A stretch of DNA of 64,000 nucleotides from the NCBI GenBank assembly GCA_021613535.1, contig CP075492.1:15190001-15254000 (forward strand). The letters run 5' to 3'. This document shows positions 1 to 14,131 of this stretch, one piece after another. Under the pieces are notes generated by a model. That model was not told the DNA's origin and did not search any database. It was given only the letters and a program-made list of their open reading frames with translations. The DNA comes from Adineta vaga (taxonomy: Eukaryota > Animalia > Rotifera). Position 1 is the stretch's first letter, and the number at the start of each line of letters is the position of its first letter. Made by a program: the position numbers and the translations under genes.

Positions 1-118
1 CCTTAGTGACCTTGGGAATTGATAAAATATTTTGCTGAGGATACTATTACTGACTTTTTCATTGAACAGAAGCAAAACATTAGTCCAATTGAGAAAACAA
101 ACAGAGAGATTGTGCGTT

Positions 119-1963
119 TCAAGCGATTCGTGAGGATTGATAAAGATTAAGTTTTGAACATTTTCCAGAATCAGCCGAGAACGTAATTTTCTTTCTGCTT
201 TAAAATAATTTGTATTAAATTGTATAGAAACAATTTGTTCAGGCAGAAGTTTCTCATTAATCATGTTCATAAATGCATGAGATGGATCTGATAAATGTAC
301 TTTGACCTGAAATTCAATCAATAAAGGTATAATTTTCGTAGAAAACGAGTTGATTATATCATTTAACGTCAAATATTGACAGATTTCAAGAATAATATCC
401 CAACAAAAACCCGTATTCTTCAGAAAATCACAAGCCTAAAGAAAAATAAAAGAAAAAAATGTTTATTTCAGTTTAAAGGGAAAACCTACTAAAGCCTTTT
501 CATTTGCATGAGATTCTTCTTTGAAAATTTTCAGTTCTCTCATAAGTTTTGAATAAGTTAGTACATCGTTATCCAATAGTAATTTGCATTGATATTTAGA
601 TATTATCGAATCATTCGTTACCTCATCAAATAATCTCGTTATTCCAAAAAGTAATGGACACTTTGTAATGTCAATACTTGTAGAAAAACGTTCATAGAAC
701 ACTTTATTCCACATATCCATTAATCTATAATATAAATCGAACAATGATCTTTTACCGAAGCGAATAACATTAATTTACATTTCTTGATTTGATTCCGACG
801 TGATATCGAACGGATAGACAATGAAATCTTCTAATAAATAATCAATAATACTTAATGGATTGATCGTTCTGTTATTTATACTATTATCATCATGTATGTA
901 TATGAGAACTGGACGACACTAGAATGAAAGAAAGTCAGAATTTATCTTGTCGAGTAATAGAATGTATTGAACGAACTTCTTTGTTTAATGTTCGGTTATG
1001 AATTAGTTTACATGCATTTTGAAGTGAATCGGTAAAGAATGTCGGACAATATTGATAACGTTGTTGTAAATATTGAAAAAAAGATTCAGTTTGAAGATCA
1101 TTGTTTGTTTCGTCTTCATAGCGAATCTTTATACAGAATACATGATTTTTGCAGATAGACTAAGGAAAATACTTACTAAAGCTTCGATTCGATCACAATC
1201 TTCTTTGAATGTAATCAATTCAGATATTAATGTATCTCGCGTTGTTATCTCTTGTGTACGTATCACTCTATCACCTTTGACTAACGATGTGAATTGATAT
1301 TTAGCTGTGGGTAACCAACGATGTTTGCCAGGAAATCGACGAGTGATCCCAAATAGCATAGGGCATTTATCTACAGGAAAGTCATTCAACAATGGACAAA
1401 CAAAGATTTCTTTCCAGATGGCTGATAACCTCTGTCGGTTCGATTCAAGAGTTATATCCCATGGCCAGACGATGTAATTTTCCAGTAAATATTCAATAAA
1501 AATTTCTGAACAAAACATCGTTTTACAAAATATGTTATTTAATGTGCTGTTATCATTGTGTATGTATACAAGTACTAGACGATGCTAATGAAATAAGAGA
1601 CAATGATGTATTTATATAAATCGAGTGTGAATAAACCTCTGTGATGTCTGCTGAATCGAAAGCTGCTTGACAAGCTTTCGAAAGAGAACCGTAGAAAAAT
1701 GTTGGACAAGAATTGTAACGATTAATGAAACATTGGTAGAAAGATTCAATACCTTCTGTTTCATTTATACATTCCGCAGGAACTTGAAATAATACGATAA
1801 TAGTACATATTCTCTTTCAATAAGACAACTTACAAGGACTTCGATTATTATAACTGTAGTCATAATCAAACATTTCATCGTCACTGATATCATCAGAAAC
1901 TGTATCCTATTCCAAAAAAATATGTTAAAACATTTTTTATTATTGTTGAGAAATTTTTACCAT
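119..1963 (-). CDS. Multi-exon protein with two tandem UAS (FAF1/UBXD8-like thioredoxin-fold) domains and a C-terminal F-box-like motif
   Basis: Spliced translation gives RYNSCPTFFYGSLSKACQAAF...LVYIHND...IFC...YLLENYIVWPWDIT, then a second copy RYQYCPTFFTDSLQNAC...VLIYIHDD...YLLEDFIVYPFDIT. The last exon reads ACDFLKNTGFCWDIILEICQYLTLNDIINSFS. Introns are GT-AG; the first exon is ATG only. Confidence 0.7.
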
Positions 1964-2439
1964 ATGTACTGTTATTCTGTTTTTGTTTGTTGAAAATATG
2001 CTGAAAAAAGAAATAATGACGATAGACAAGTCGAATTTGGTTACACTGATAACATGCAATAAGATGTTGGAAAAAAACCCTGTTTTTTTACCCAGACACA
2101 TTTATTACTCTAATAGTTTATTCTCTTAATGCAATAGAAAAAAAGAAGTAACATAACGACAGACTTCAACTATTGTGGTTGCTTTTCACTCTTCTGTTTC
2201 TTTCCTTTAGACATGATATTAAATGAAGAAAAAAAACAAGTTATGTTTCATTTTACTATATTCTCCGTTACACAGAACAGAATAACACGTTTTTTGTATT
2301 TTGTTCATTTAAATGGAATATTAATGGAACTTTGGCTGTTTTATCATCGATAGATTTAGACAATAGAAGATTTTATTAAAACTATCGACGAATATGAAGG
2401 ATTTCATACTTTTACACACAACGATGATCAGAAAAAAAG

Positions 2440-3270
2440 TACACGTAGATGTCATTTTGTAACTCTATCTGTATTTCTCGTTTGAATATAAGTTGATAAT
2501 GTAAATAGATAACAACTTGTATATGCACCTGTAATTGACAATAAACCGGTGACATTTAAAAACAAAATGTTTTTAGCCATCTGTAGAGAATTTGGTAAGA
2601 TAGATATAGTGTTAGTGTACTTTAGAGATAAAAGATTGAAACAGAAGTTATTAACAAACTACTGTAAAATAAAGACAATTGATTTTGAATTTGAATTGTT
2701 TGAATGGTGATATTTCTCGATGATTTTTGAACATTTCGAATATGTTTAGTGATCGAAAAACAAGCATATAGTCACTGGTGGACCTAAACTGAATATTAAT
2801 AAATTCCAAATGTCACTAAACAGTGAATATGTAGTTATTTGAATGATTTCAAAATGAATGAATACATAAAGATAAGATAGACCAATAATTCACAAAAATC
2901 AAATGAATTCATTAAAGCTCTTTCTCTTAAGTTAAAATTAATGTTCGTCATACATGCCGATCGACATAGAAGCAAGAATAATTAAACAAGATGTCGCACA
3001 TCTAAAATGAAACTACAAAATATTCTTCTGAGTATATTGATACAAAAATGATCATATAATCTGATTTCTTCTATTAAAACTGCTTAAGAATATAACCGCT
3101 ATTATTTTGATCAAGTACAGACCCTTAATATTCACTTGTTGAGTTTATGTTTTAGTCTGGATATTATAATTAAATTTTAATTAGGTTCAGATTCATACGT
3201 ATATTCATCTTACTATTCTAATTTCTCGCATAATAGATATTATACTTTAATTTAAAATTCATCATAGAAA
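2440..3270 (-). pseudogene. Degraded class-A GPCR, paralog of the GPCR at 18113-19247
   Basis: Nucleotide blocks match the 18-kb gene, e.g. aaattccaaatg.cactaaa, ccgatcga...tagaagcaagaa and agataaaagattgaaacag. Translation gives YSLFSDIWNLLIFSLGPP, broken by indels and stops. Boundaries are approximate. Confidence 0.7.
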
Positions 3271-3408
3271 AGTAATTATTGTGATTACACAAAATCCACT
3301 CTTATTTCGTCGATTGATTTCTTTTTTCAACTACATTTTAATTATGGTATAGTAAGTATAGAATATATTTAAGTAAATAATGGTACACAACACTCAACAA
3401 TGTTAAAG

Positions 3409-4371
3409 TTAATGACAAAAGAGAAAGGTTTTTACTTCATTGCGAAAGGTTTTTGAAACAACTAAATTAGTATAAGATGCCACACAAAATGGAATAAAAT
3501 CGATAAATCTTGCGACATTTACTAGAAAAGTATCTATTTGTGTTTGCAGTTGACTTTTCTCATTATTTTTAGTTATTTGTTGTTGAATAAGAACTAATGA
3601 AATCATTAAACTAAATATAAGATAAACACTAATATTGATAAACATAATACGAATGAGTTGCATTTCTTTCGAATTAACTGAATTGAAATCACCTCTTGGT
3701 AATCCACTTTTCGAAAAAACCATAGTATCAGGTCGTATTCGACGTATTCGACGAATATTTCTTATAGGCCACAAGCCGAACACCATCATAAGTACAGGTA
3801 CTAGAATTCCTTTTACAATAAGTGAATAATAGGCTGTACCTTCCACTAAATTTGGTTCAAGATAACATACGAAATAATTCGGCACAACTTCTGCAAGCTT
3901 TGGTATTATAAAGCCATAACTATGTGCTAATATCCAAAATAATGTTACAGTAATAATACATATATAAGCAAGACGACGAGTACTTTTTCGTCTAGTACTG
4001 GCATTTGGTGAAGTAATCAGTATTCGATCAATTGATGCAAGAATTAAATAAGAAGGTGGTAAAATATCGCTGAGAATCACAATATAAAAGTAAAAACGAC
4101 AGAATTGTAAATTGGTGAAAAGATTGTAGAAATCATAACCATATATTAATGTTGTGAACAATAATGATGTATATATTAAGAGAAGATTACCACTATTGAA
4201 TGCTATCAAATAGATTGAACATGGATTTTTTCGTAGATTTTTTCTAGTAAAAACGACCAGACCAATGATACAACTTATACTACCGAAAACAATCAAAATC
4301 GGACCTCCAATTTGAAATAAATACGTTTGTATTGATACTAGAAAGTTGATATAATATAATTCCGAAGACAT
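3409..4371 (-). CDS. Orphan rhodopsin-like (class A) GPCR, intronless, about 320 aa
   Basis: Seven hydrophobic segments; LRKNPCSIYL, FCRF and LASIDR (DRY-like) motifs; SKTFR in helix 8. First ATG at 4371. Confidence 0.85.
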   Translation of the reverse strand: MSSELYYINFLVSIQTYLFQIGGPILIVFGSISCIIGLVVFTRKNLRKNPCSIYLIAFNSGNLLLIYTSLLFTTLIYGYDFYNLFTNLQFCRFYFYIVILSDILPPSYLILASIDRILITSPNASTRRKSTRRLAYICIITVTLFWILAHSYGFIIPKLAEVVPNYFVCYLEPNLVEGTAYYSLIVKGILVPVLMMVFGLWPIRNIRRIRRIRPDTMVFSKSGLPRGDFNSVNSKEMQLIRIMFINISVYLIFSLMISLVLIQQQITKNNEKSQLQTQIDTFLVNVARFIDFIPFCVASYTNLVVSKTFRNEVKTFLFCH

Positions 4372-5932
4372 CGTCAATGTTTTCTTAACTGATAACTGCG
4401 AAGTTTGATGTTGAAATGCTGTGTAAGATAGAAGAAATTGTTCAGACAAAATTATTAACAGCTTCTCTGCTATTTAATCCCATGGTACTTAAAACAGCAT
4501 AAGCGGATTTTCATAAAGTTATGATAAAAAGAAAGAATCTGCTTTTTTTTAGCATAATTAATGTACTTTTAATTAGATAAAATATAAGTGCGACGTTGTT
4601 TTTACTGAAAAACTCATGTTAAAATGGAATGCATTTGGAATATGAATATTTATGCGTTAGCTTGAACTATTTTTAATAAAATTGTTTTTAGTCATTCCTT
4701 TCTTATAGCATGTTGAATTAACTGAAGTTGCGAACAACTAGTAGAAGTGAAGTCTTCTTATTGTAATCCAAAATTTATTCATTGTATTTTGGTTCGAACT
4801 TTTCGTCATATTACAAAAAAAGAAACGTTCAAAACATTAGTGAGTTAAAGTTCTCCCATTCTTGTAAAGTATTGAGTATCACTCTACGACAACTGACCCA
4901 AACATAGTATGAAATTTTTGTTTATCAACCTTTTCTAAAATTTTGAAGAAAGAAATCATAAAAGGAGTCTTTTTGATCATAAAGATATCCCATTTTCAAA
5001 TGATCAATACTCGAGATGACAATTCTGTATGAAAACAAATGAAATATACAAATTCGATGTATATGAAATGAGAATGAATAATTAACGTGTTAACTCGCAA
5101 CGAATCAACCAAGAGTTGTGCTGTTTTGTCTCCAATTCGAAAATAATCGAGCTGTATTGTCGTGAGTGTGTATAGAAAAGCGTACTACAAATGAATAAGA
5201 AAGTTAAACAGTGAATAGAGATTAAGATGTTCACTCTCAAGGTATCATCCGAGTACTGTGTTTCTTAATCTGCGACTTCGGTACCCTCAATGTTTAATAT
5301 TCTAAAAATCTATATGTATATACGAACTATGGCACTAGTTTTAAGTCTAATATTTGATACATCCGGGAGTTCATAGCATGTTTATTAGAATTTGAATGAT
5401 AAATGATTGATTCGCAATTAGACACGGGAGCTCTTAAGTTTCAGTCGCTGAACATTTTTCGAGAAATACGTAAATAGATTCTCTCTTTTTTTAGGAAACT
5501 AGTTGTTTATGTATTCCTGCATTATTAGACGTACACTCAGCCTATATATTAAGGCTCTATTCATTAGTGTAATTTCTAAGTAAGAAAGATCTTTTTGTTG
5601 TTGATAAACGTCGAAAGTCATCCTCTCCATAGTTGCTAGGAATGAAACAAAATTAAGCCTTTCCAAACTAATAGTGTGATGCGCTAATTTTTTTAATATT
5701 CGAGTCTTTCATTTTTGTTTCGATTGATATGATGATTATCAAAAACACATGAAATAATCTTCACTATCATTTCTTCTCGTTATTACACTTGTGTAAGAAC
5801 ATTCAATACCGTGTATCACTGATTCTGTTAAAACAGGTGACCGTCTAATCACATAATTCATCTTTCCATTTAATTTATTGGAAGATAGCATAGTTTTTGA
5901 GGAAATGTATATTTGGTAGGTAAAGTACAAAA

Positions 5933-6084
5933 TTATCGATCTTGCGTATATCGATGGTTAGTATTTAGAATTTGATTTAATCGATAACATACATTTTGCA
6001 TGTAACAAACAAGAGTGTAGTCATCAAGATGATCGAGAATTCGGTATAAACGAATTCAACGGGTAATGTGATAAGTGCCGACAT
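5933..6084 (-). pseudogene. F-box remnant with frameshift
   Basis: MSALITLPVEFVY, then a 2-nt offset, then RILDHLDDYTLVCYMQNVCYRLNQILNTNHRY. Joined, these give a complete F-box motif. Confidence 0.65.
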
Positions 6085-7410
6085 AATGTTTTGTAGAGAT
6101 ATATTATGAGTTGTTGCTTCGATGTTTTTGATCGAGTATGTTGTTATTTGCTGTGTCAGGAACTTTTCACGGTGGTGCAATCACTTGATTGATTGAAGAA
6201 ACGAGAAAAGGCAAGACACCAATGACGAGAATATCAAATTGGTGGAAAAGATGCCGTAATCATAGTTGTCAGGACTCATTGATTTAAGAGTAACCACCTT
6301 CGTTTAGTCGATTTTTCAGACATCTTTATCCTCACATGACAAACCCATATCAGATTTCGTCCGATTGACTTAGAAATTTTTCTCGAGATAGTCATACGAA
6401 TATTGGATTTCAACGAAGAATTGCTTGTTTAAATACATAAATATTGAATGAATGCTCAGTATAGCACCAAGAGAAAACAATAAAGATCGTTTTAGTTGTT
6501 TCTAGAACATTATTGTTTAATATTCAGATGACATAAGCGTATGTATGAATGAGTAATAAAAGAGAAAAAATCTAGACTTCCAAAATATTCTTTTTCTGTT
6601 TTGCTCTCTTTCTCTATTGTCTTGACCGAAAGCATTTGTAAGATGAAATTATTGATTTGAATTCCTAGAGATGAGATTAGATTATATGTATGTACATGTG
6701 TTTACCCAAGGCTTTCTTTGTCGATCGTTTTATATGCAGAATTCAATTATAATTCTCAAAATTGTAGCAAAAATAGAAAGAAATTATTAAAATCCATCTT
6801 GAGAATATTTCCTACGGAAATGGTGTAGCACGACAAAATGTATAACTTGTAATTTTATGTAATATTTTATTTTTTAATAATTATATTTCCGCATGAAGAG
6901 ATCAAATTGACCAAAATTCGAACATATATTAATGATCAGATTTAACTATTTATTTTTCTATTCAAGTTAGATGGTCAATTTTTATCAGGTATCAGTAAAT
7001 GTCAGCTTATCGGAACAATTCAATCAAAGATCTTACGTCCTAAATAGAAATAATCGGCTTAGTTGGGATGTATTTCATGTATTACACAATGGAAATTTGC
7101 CATATTGTACATTCAGACGCAGTTGAAAGATAGGTAGAGTTGTACGAAGAATAGCATTTCTTTATCACACACGCGAACTTAACAATAAATCGATTGTCGT
7201 TGTTCAAAATTATGATTTTTATCCTTCACGTAATATAAACGTAACAATACTTCAAAACTCATCAGATCGACATAGATCGCTTTCCAATTTTCACTATCGA
7301 GCAGGTCAAAAAGAATCTTGTCGTAAAGCAGTTTTTACAAACAAATTTCTAAACATAACTTTTTATTTCTAATAAAAATAATGCATTTAATCGAATATAT
7401 TTTAAAGTTA

Positions 7411-8938
7411 TTATATTCTTTCAGTTTCTGTATGAGTATATCCATTGTTATGTTGTTTCAAAATTTGATGATCTCTAGTTTTCACCATTTCAAGTACTAA
7501 TGTTCGATAATGTTTATCTTTCTTTTCCATTTGTTTACGATGATGAAATGGAACAGAAAAAAACCAGATAATAACAACAATATGAAAGGCAACGAAAATG
7601 CCGAGCGTAACATAAAAAGCACCATGATCTAAAGATGTAATCCAACTGTCACTAGTAGCACGATAATCTGTTGTACGCGTCCATGTTATAACACTAATAA
7701 CAGAATGCCAAAAAGAATGAATAACAAGATTAGTCATACATAACAATCCATATTTATCCAATGATGTTAAATAAGAAACAGTTGGCTAAAGAAAAAATAT
7801 TCGATCGTACAAATAATATAAAGACTATTGTATTCTAATAAAACTTACAAGTGATCTATTAACAGTCCATCGGAATGTGACTGATGTTAAAAGAAGTGTA
7901 CATGAAACTTGAAGTCGATTTATTGCAACTCTATAACGAAATTTGTATTTCGGAAATTGAATGATATAAATTAATAACTTACTGCATCGGCATTCCAAAA
8001 GTACAAAATGATACTGATGTTATCAATAAAATAAGAAAATAACCATTCCAGAAGAAATATGCTGATTGACGTGCTTTTAAAATAAATCAAATTTAGAAGA
8101 AAAATTAACATTTGATTTAATGAAACAAAAATTATACAAACCAGCATGACATGTCACTGTTAAAACAGATCGTTTTGGTTCTTCTTTATTATTTCGATGT
8201 TTCATTTCGTGTTCATCATTATCATCAGTAGAAAAAAGAAAATCTTTAATAAATCTTTGTTCAGAATCGACATGTTCATATAAAGACCATTCTTGTTGAT
8301 CAATAAATGCTTCTCGATTAATTCCACTTAATTGATATGGATCCGGACATAGAAGAACTTTCTCATGAAAGAACATTGAAGTAACTGATATTGATAAATC
8401 TTGAACATCAGATGGGAAATGATGTAATTCTAATTTTTCCCAAAATAAACCTTTGATAATTCGATGTTCACATATATAGATTAGATTATCATATTTATTT
8501 ATTTTTGCTGTATATTTAATTTGTTCTTTTAAATCACCTAAACTATTTTCAATATAAAGTTGAGGATGCCAATATGATTCAGTATATTTTTCGAGTATTA
8601 TTGTTTTTCCATTGGATAGAAGATTTTGATTCTCAATCGAAAGAGTTGATAGAAATTCATTGAATGAAACTGACCAACGTGATTCAATCGATGCATGTGC
8701 TTGGTATTTTTCATTCAATGTATCAATTTCACCTGAATAGATAGAGTTTTGAAAGATTTCTTTTTCGCTTTTAATCGAAAAAAATTACCTATACGAAGAA
8801 ATACAAGACGAACATAAACACGAACAGCTTGATTTGTTTGTGTTGATGGATTCAAATCGATACTTGTTTCTTGAATAACTAGAAGAAGTTTTAAATTATT
8901 TTCTTTGATTTATTCAGTTTATTACCTGTTGCGGACAT
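7411..8938 (-). CDS. Pentameric ligand-gated ion channel subunit, Cys-less (Pro-loop) type, multi-exon
   Basis: VYVRLVFLRIGEIDTLNEKY, WHPQLYIEN and LELHHFPSDVQDL (no Cys-loop cysteines). M1 YFFWNGYFLILLIT, M2 NRLQVSCTLLLTSVTFRW, PTVSYLTSLDKY, then M3 and M4. Confidence 0.85.
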
Positions 8939-9724
8939 GGTAATGTACGATAGAATGAAAGTAATGTCAAATTTGAAAATGGACGAATATTAAATAGACG
9001 GTAATTTCAAAAACAATATGAAATAAAACGCCTTGTTTAATGACTTTTCTATCATCAATGTATATGCGTCGAAATTATGTATGTGGGAATAACATGTCAT
9101 ACCGTATAAACAGATAATTAACAGCAAGTAATGAAAAAAACATTAATGAAGAAAAATACGGTATTTTATTTATGTATTTCGTTAGATATGCATGAAAAAG
9201 TTACATTATTAGATATAGTTGAAGACACATGAATAATTTCTCATTTATCTTGCTGAATGACCAAAATATTGATGAAATGTATCGAGTAATTTGATATAGG
9301 TCTATGAATAAGCGTATACTTCTGAGATCACATCGGTCTTCTTTCAAAGCAATCGAAATTATGATCAGAAAAGAAACAAAATGACGTAATTATGTTGTTT
9401 TTTTTCAAATGTTTGATGAAGTATTCTTTTCTTTCAATTTACTAATTCTCCAAGAAAAGTTACAGTACCGAATAGATATTTGGGACGAAGTTTGACACTA
9501 AGAACTCAATGAAGACGTCGAGTATATTTAGATTTATTCGTGCAACTTAAAAATACATGATGGTGACAAATTAGCGGAAGATAGAAGGTGGCATCAAGTA
9601 GAGGAATGGTAATGTGAGACAAAGGACAAGAATAATACACAATATAAAGACAAGAGCTGAGGTTGGGTTGAGTATGTATTCCGACAAACGCATTATAATG
9701 GTATTGTTCAATTTAATTTGATCA

Positions 9725-10848
9725 TTATGAAAATGTAGCAGATCTGGATGATGCTAAATTGAAAATGAAATTTATGTTTTTTTTTTGATAGAAAATGTGT
9801 AAACGAACTTCTGTATCTCTTGTTGTACTATGAAGAGAACTATTAGAGGCTATTGAGGAATTTTCAAAACGTCGTCGTGAACATTGATAAACTGTTCCAG
9901 TCGTATTTACTTTGAAAAACAAAATTTCGTTTCATCCTATAGAATGACAAAATATCACTTACATTGATTGTCATCAATTTGTTGAAGGACATTCTCTCTT
10001 GATTTGACATTCTGTATATAGAAATTCATGAGTGTATTTTGAAATCAATCAATCAATAGATTTACCAGATCGTGTTGAAATAGATCAGGTTCTTCTTTAA
10101 ATGCGATCAGTTCAGATAGTAATGTATCCAAGGTTGCTTTTACTTGAGTGCGAGTTAATCTATCACCTCGAAGTAATGATGTGAATTCAAATGATTTTAT
10201 TAGGCCTGAAGAAGAACATCTTATTCCAATCAACATTGGATATTTATCGACAAAATAATCGATTCGTAAGGGTAAAAAAAAGGTTTTCTGCCAGATAATT
10301 AATAGTCTTTCTTCATTGGATTTAAGAGTTATATCCCATGGCCAGACAATGTAATTTTCTAGTAAATAATCAATTAAAACTTCTGAACAGAATGTCGTTT
10401 CACAAAATGTATTGCTGAATGTACTCCTGCCATTATGTATGTAAACAAGCAATGGACAACGCTAAGAAAAAAAAGAAACAACAGTATAGTTCTAATCATA
10501 AGTTAACTGTAAGTAAACCTCTTTGATATTTGCGGAAGCGAAAGCTGCTTGACACGCTTCGTAAAGAGAGCCGTAGAAAAATGTTGGACAAGCATAGTAA
10601 CGACTTATGAAACATTTGTAAAAAAGTTCGATACCATATATTTCATCTTTACATTCCGAAGGAACTTGGAATAATATACAAAAATAGTCGACAAAACTTT
10701 TCTTTTTCTATAAAGAAAACATACAAGGACTTTCATCATTGGAACCATACTCATCATTTAGCAATTCATCATTTATCGCAAAGTCTGTATGCTATATACA
10801 ACAAAATTTATTGATACATCTTTGCTACTTCATAAATTCACCTACCAT
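9725..10848 (-). CDS. Single-UAS-domain protein, paralog of the gene at 119-1963 (3' end uncertain)
   Basis: Same exon structure (ATG|GT first exon). RYYACPTFFYGSLYEACQAAF...LLVYIHNG...FCSEVLIDYLLENYIVWPWDIT. Confidence 0.65.
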
Positions 10849-11082
10849 TCTTGCCTATAATCGCCGTTATATCGAAAAAAAAGTAAAAAGAGTAATCGAC
10901 GACTTCCTTTATTCATTCCACGTGATCGAATGTTGAAAAGAAAGACTGTTTCTTTTATTCACATTCATAGGTGAAGCACATACATTTTTACATTAAAACA
11001 GAAACGAATTAACACGTGTGCACAAACAACATACTTGTTTTTAAATTGAAGAAAATATTTTAAATGAAACAGTATAGATGTT

Positions 11083-12464
11083 CTATAGACTTGTTTCACT
11101 TGAACTACGAACATAAACTCGAAGTTCATCTTCAAGTCTTAAATATGGTCCTCTGTAAAACAATAATACAATAGTACTAATTACACAACAACAGAGAATA
11201 AATAACGACGTTGGCGTAAAGATAAGTGGCGATTTAGAAATAGGATTACATTTAATTAGAGCATCAAGAATATAAATAAAGATTCCACCAAGAAGATTGC
11301 CCATACACATCAATAGACCAGTTGACCATTCAGCAGAAATTGGATATGTACATTCGAGAGCACATTCAAATGCTACAGGCAATAATGGAAGTAAGAAGAA
11401 ACCCATTAAGCCAATTGAAACAGCTAATGGATAGTATTGATTTGGTTGAAGAACTAAAATAAAATAAATACTTGATGCACATGCACCAATCGATAAAATT
11501 TTCAATATTGAACGATATGCATGTGTACGATCCATAAGAATACCAACGAGAAAAGTACTAAATAAACCAGAAATCATAATTATTGCACCATAGATTCCAG
11601 CATCATTGCTTGAATATCCAGTTGGTTGAATAATTTGATAAAGTAATGCTATCATGGCGTTAAAAAAAGCTAAACCAAGAGAAAAACTAAAGAGAAGAAT
11701 TAGATAATGACGATTTTTTAATAGATTAATAAGATCTGTTTTGAAATTGATTGGTAAATGATATTCTTCAGATGGTGATGGTGGTGAAGGTGGTTGTGAT
11801 CGAAATAGAATTGCTACTAATACTGTTACTAACGCACTGAAACAAGCCTCAGTAAGTAACAAAATAAAAAAGTCTTTTGATCCTGAACCATCTGTTACAA
11901 TTAATGATGGAAAAAGCGAACCAACTGCTAAACCTATAAATATCGGACAGATTTAATAAACAAATTTTGCCTGTTAGTCTTTAGAACTTTTTTACCTAAT
12001 GGATTAGCCATTGAAGCAACAGCTGTAGCAATATCACGTTGTTTCGATGAAAACCAACGTGCAGCAAATAATGTTGTCATATTCACAAATAAGGGTGTTG
12101 CAATGGCTGGAAATAATTGACCAATAATCAACGCTGGATATCCATTTGATGGTGAAATTAAAGAAAAAAGTCGAATAAAAGCGCCAAGATTCAAAATACT
12201 CCCGATAAAAATAACTGCACGAATTGATAACATTCGAGATAACCAAATTGATAGAATTGAACCAATAACATAAAGAAATACAAAGATAATAGCTAGAATA
12301 TTAACTTGTGTAGAGGTAATATTGAAAAATATTGATGTTTGTGATTGTATTGGAGCGAATGTCATGTTATGTATAGCATTGGAAAATGTTGCCAATACAA
12401 AAATAAACAATTGAAGCCATCGTGAACGATAAACACGATAGTTTATTATTTCCACTTCAGTCAT
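11083..12464 (-). CDS. MFS transporter, SLC49/FLVCR-like, 2 exons
   Basis: YRVYRSRWLQL, AARWFSSKQRDIATA, ANPLG, PPSPPSPS and LECTYPI. The intron at 11995-11934 joins the exons in frame. Confidence 0.9.
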
Positions 12465-14131
12465 TTCGTATAACAACGTGCATAAATGAAAGCAAAAAAG
12501 ACTACACGGTGTTTTTCCTTTTTTCCATTCTGTGAAGTGTGCAATTATCGGCAACCTTATTTTGTATTTTTGCTTTAAAAACGAACATTGTATAGAGTCA
12601 CAAGGCGTGCTAACAGAAAGAAAGAAAGAAATAAATAAAGTATCCAATTGTAATATATTCCAATATTTACCATGTTAAATTTAATTATTTCTTGTCTGTT
12701 TTTGATAACATACAAAGTAATGCCTCACTCATTCTTGTTTTTACATTATAAAACTCAAGATCGACTCGAAAGAGAGACGAAAAATAGTTATATGTGTGTC
12801 GAGCTATATATTCAAAAGTGAAATATTATGAATAAATTGAATGAATTCGTATGCATAGTCATCAAATGGATATTTTGAATGTTTATCATTAATGCATGCT
12901 GTGACTTTCTTGTTAATCGATTTGAAAACAAGGCTCTATAGTTACCATATATAATAATTTGAGCTCTTTCACTACATAGTTCGCTGATAAAGAATATTCG
13001 TTTTGCCAATATTTTCGTAATTATTCATGTGATATTATTATTTTGATACATTCTCCGCTTGAGCAGAGCAATATTATGTAAATCAATAAATAAAATATGA
13101 GACATCGTCTTCTCAGGAAGTAATGAACTTTTCAATATGTTCGACGAGCACACATAAAGATAAACTTCATCTAAAAATTCAATTTATTGCAAGCTGCTTT
13201 CTCTTCAAAACATAGAATAACGAGTTGGCGAAAGTACATTCTCTTTCTTCATAAAGCGCTCAGAGAAAGTTTAATACTTATTCATTGACCGAGCATATAG
13301 ATTAGCTGATTGTTCATTTTTTTTCTTGATATTATCTTGGTGTATAGCAGAACTCACAGTAGACAGATTGGAAAAGTTCATAGCTAAACACTATCAATAG
13401 TGTAATCTAGATTTAAATTGTCATATTTTACAAGATAGGATATAGAACTCATTCGACTGAATGGATCGATTATACAAGCAATGCTTAATGTAATGCTTAC
13501 CAGTCGTCAATCAATTAATATCATTCAACAATCTCTTTTCATACCTAAATTTCTCATTGCAATGGGTTTTATGACTGATGACCTATAAGGAACATTCAAG
13601 CAAGAAGCTCAACGATTATTGATTATTCCCGTCGTGTTCTAAACTTATTTGATGTTCCTGTTTGAATTGTTCAGTAAAAATGTACGATTTTGTTGTAATT
13701 TTACGTTAAAAAATTACATTATCAAAAACAAGATTGAATCGAATGAGAGATGAAAGTAGTCTTGCCTATCAGCGACCTGGATACTGAATCATTCTATGAT
13801 GAAATATTGTTAGAGTACATTGTACTCTTATGTTTGTAAACAAGACAGAAGATTCGAAAACTAATTCTTTTTTTCCCTTCTTGACAATAGATACGATGCA
13901 AACAAACACGAAGACTGTACGTGATAGGTTTCGTTCAAATAAATAAAAGAAAATTAATAAAAATTGAAATACATGCGAACTGCATCATCGTATGGTATAC
14001 ATGAAATGCGATTGGATGTTTCTTTATTTAAAACAATACTATTCTTTCTCGATCTTTCATGAATTACATATACAGAACATTTCTTATTTTGAAATTCTTT
14101 TATTCCGTATATACTTTTTTATTCAGAAATT

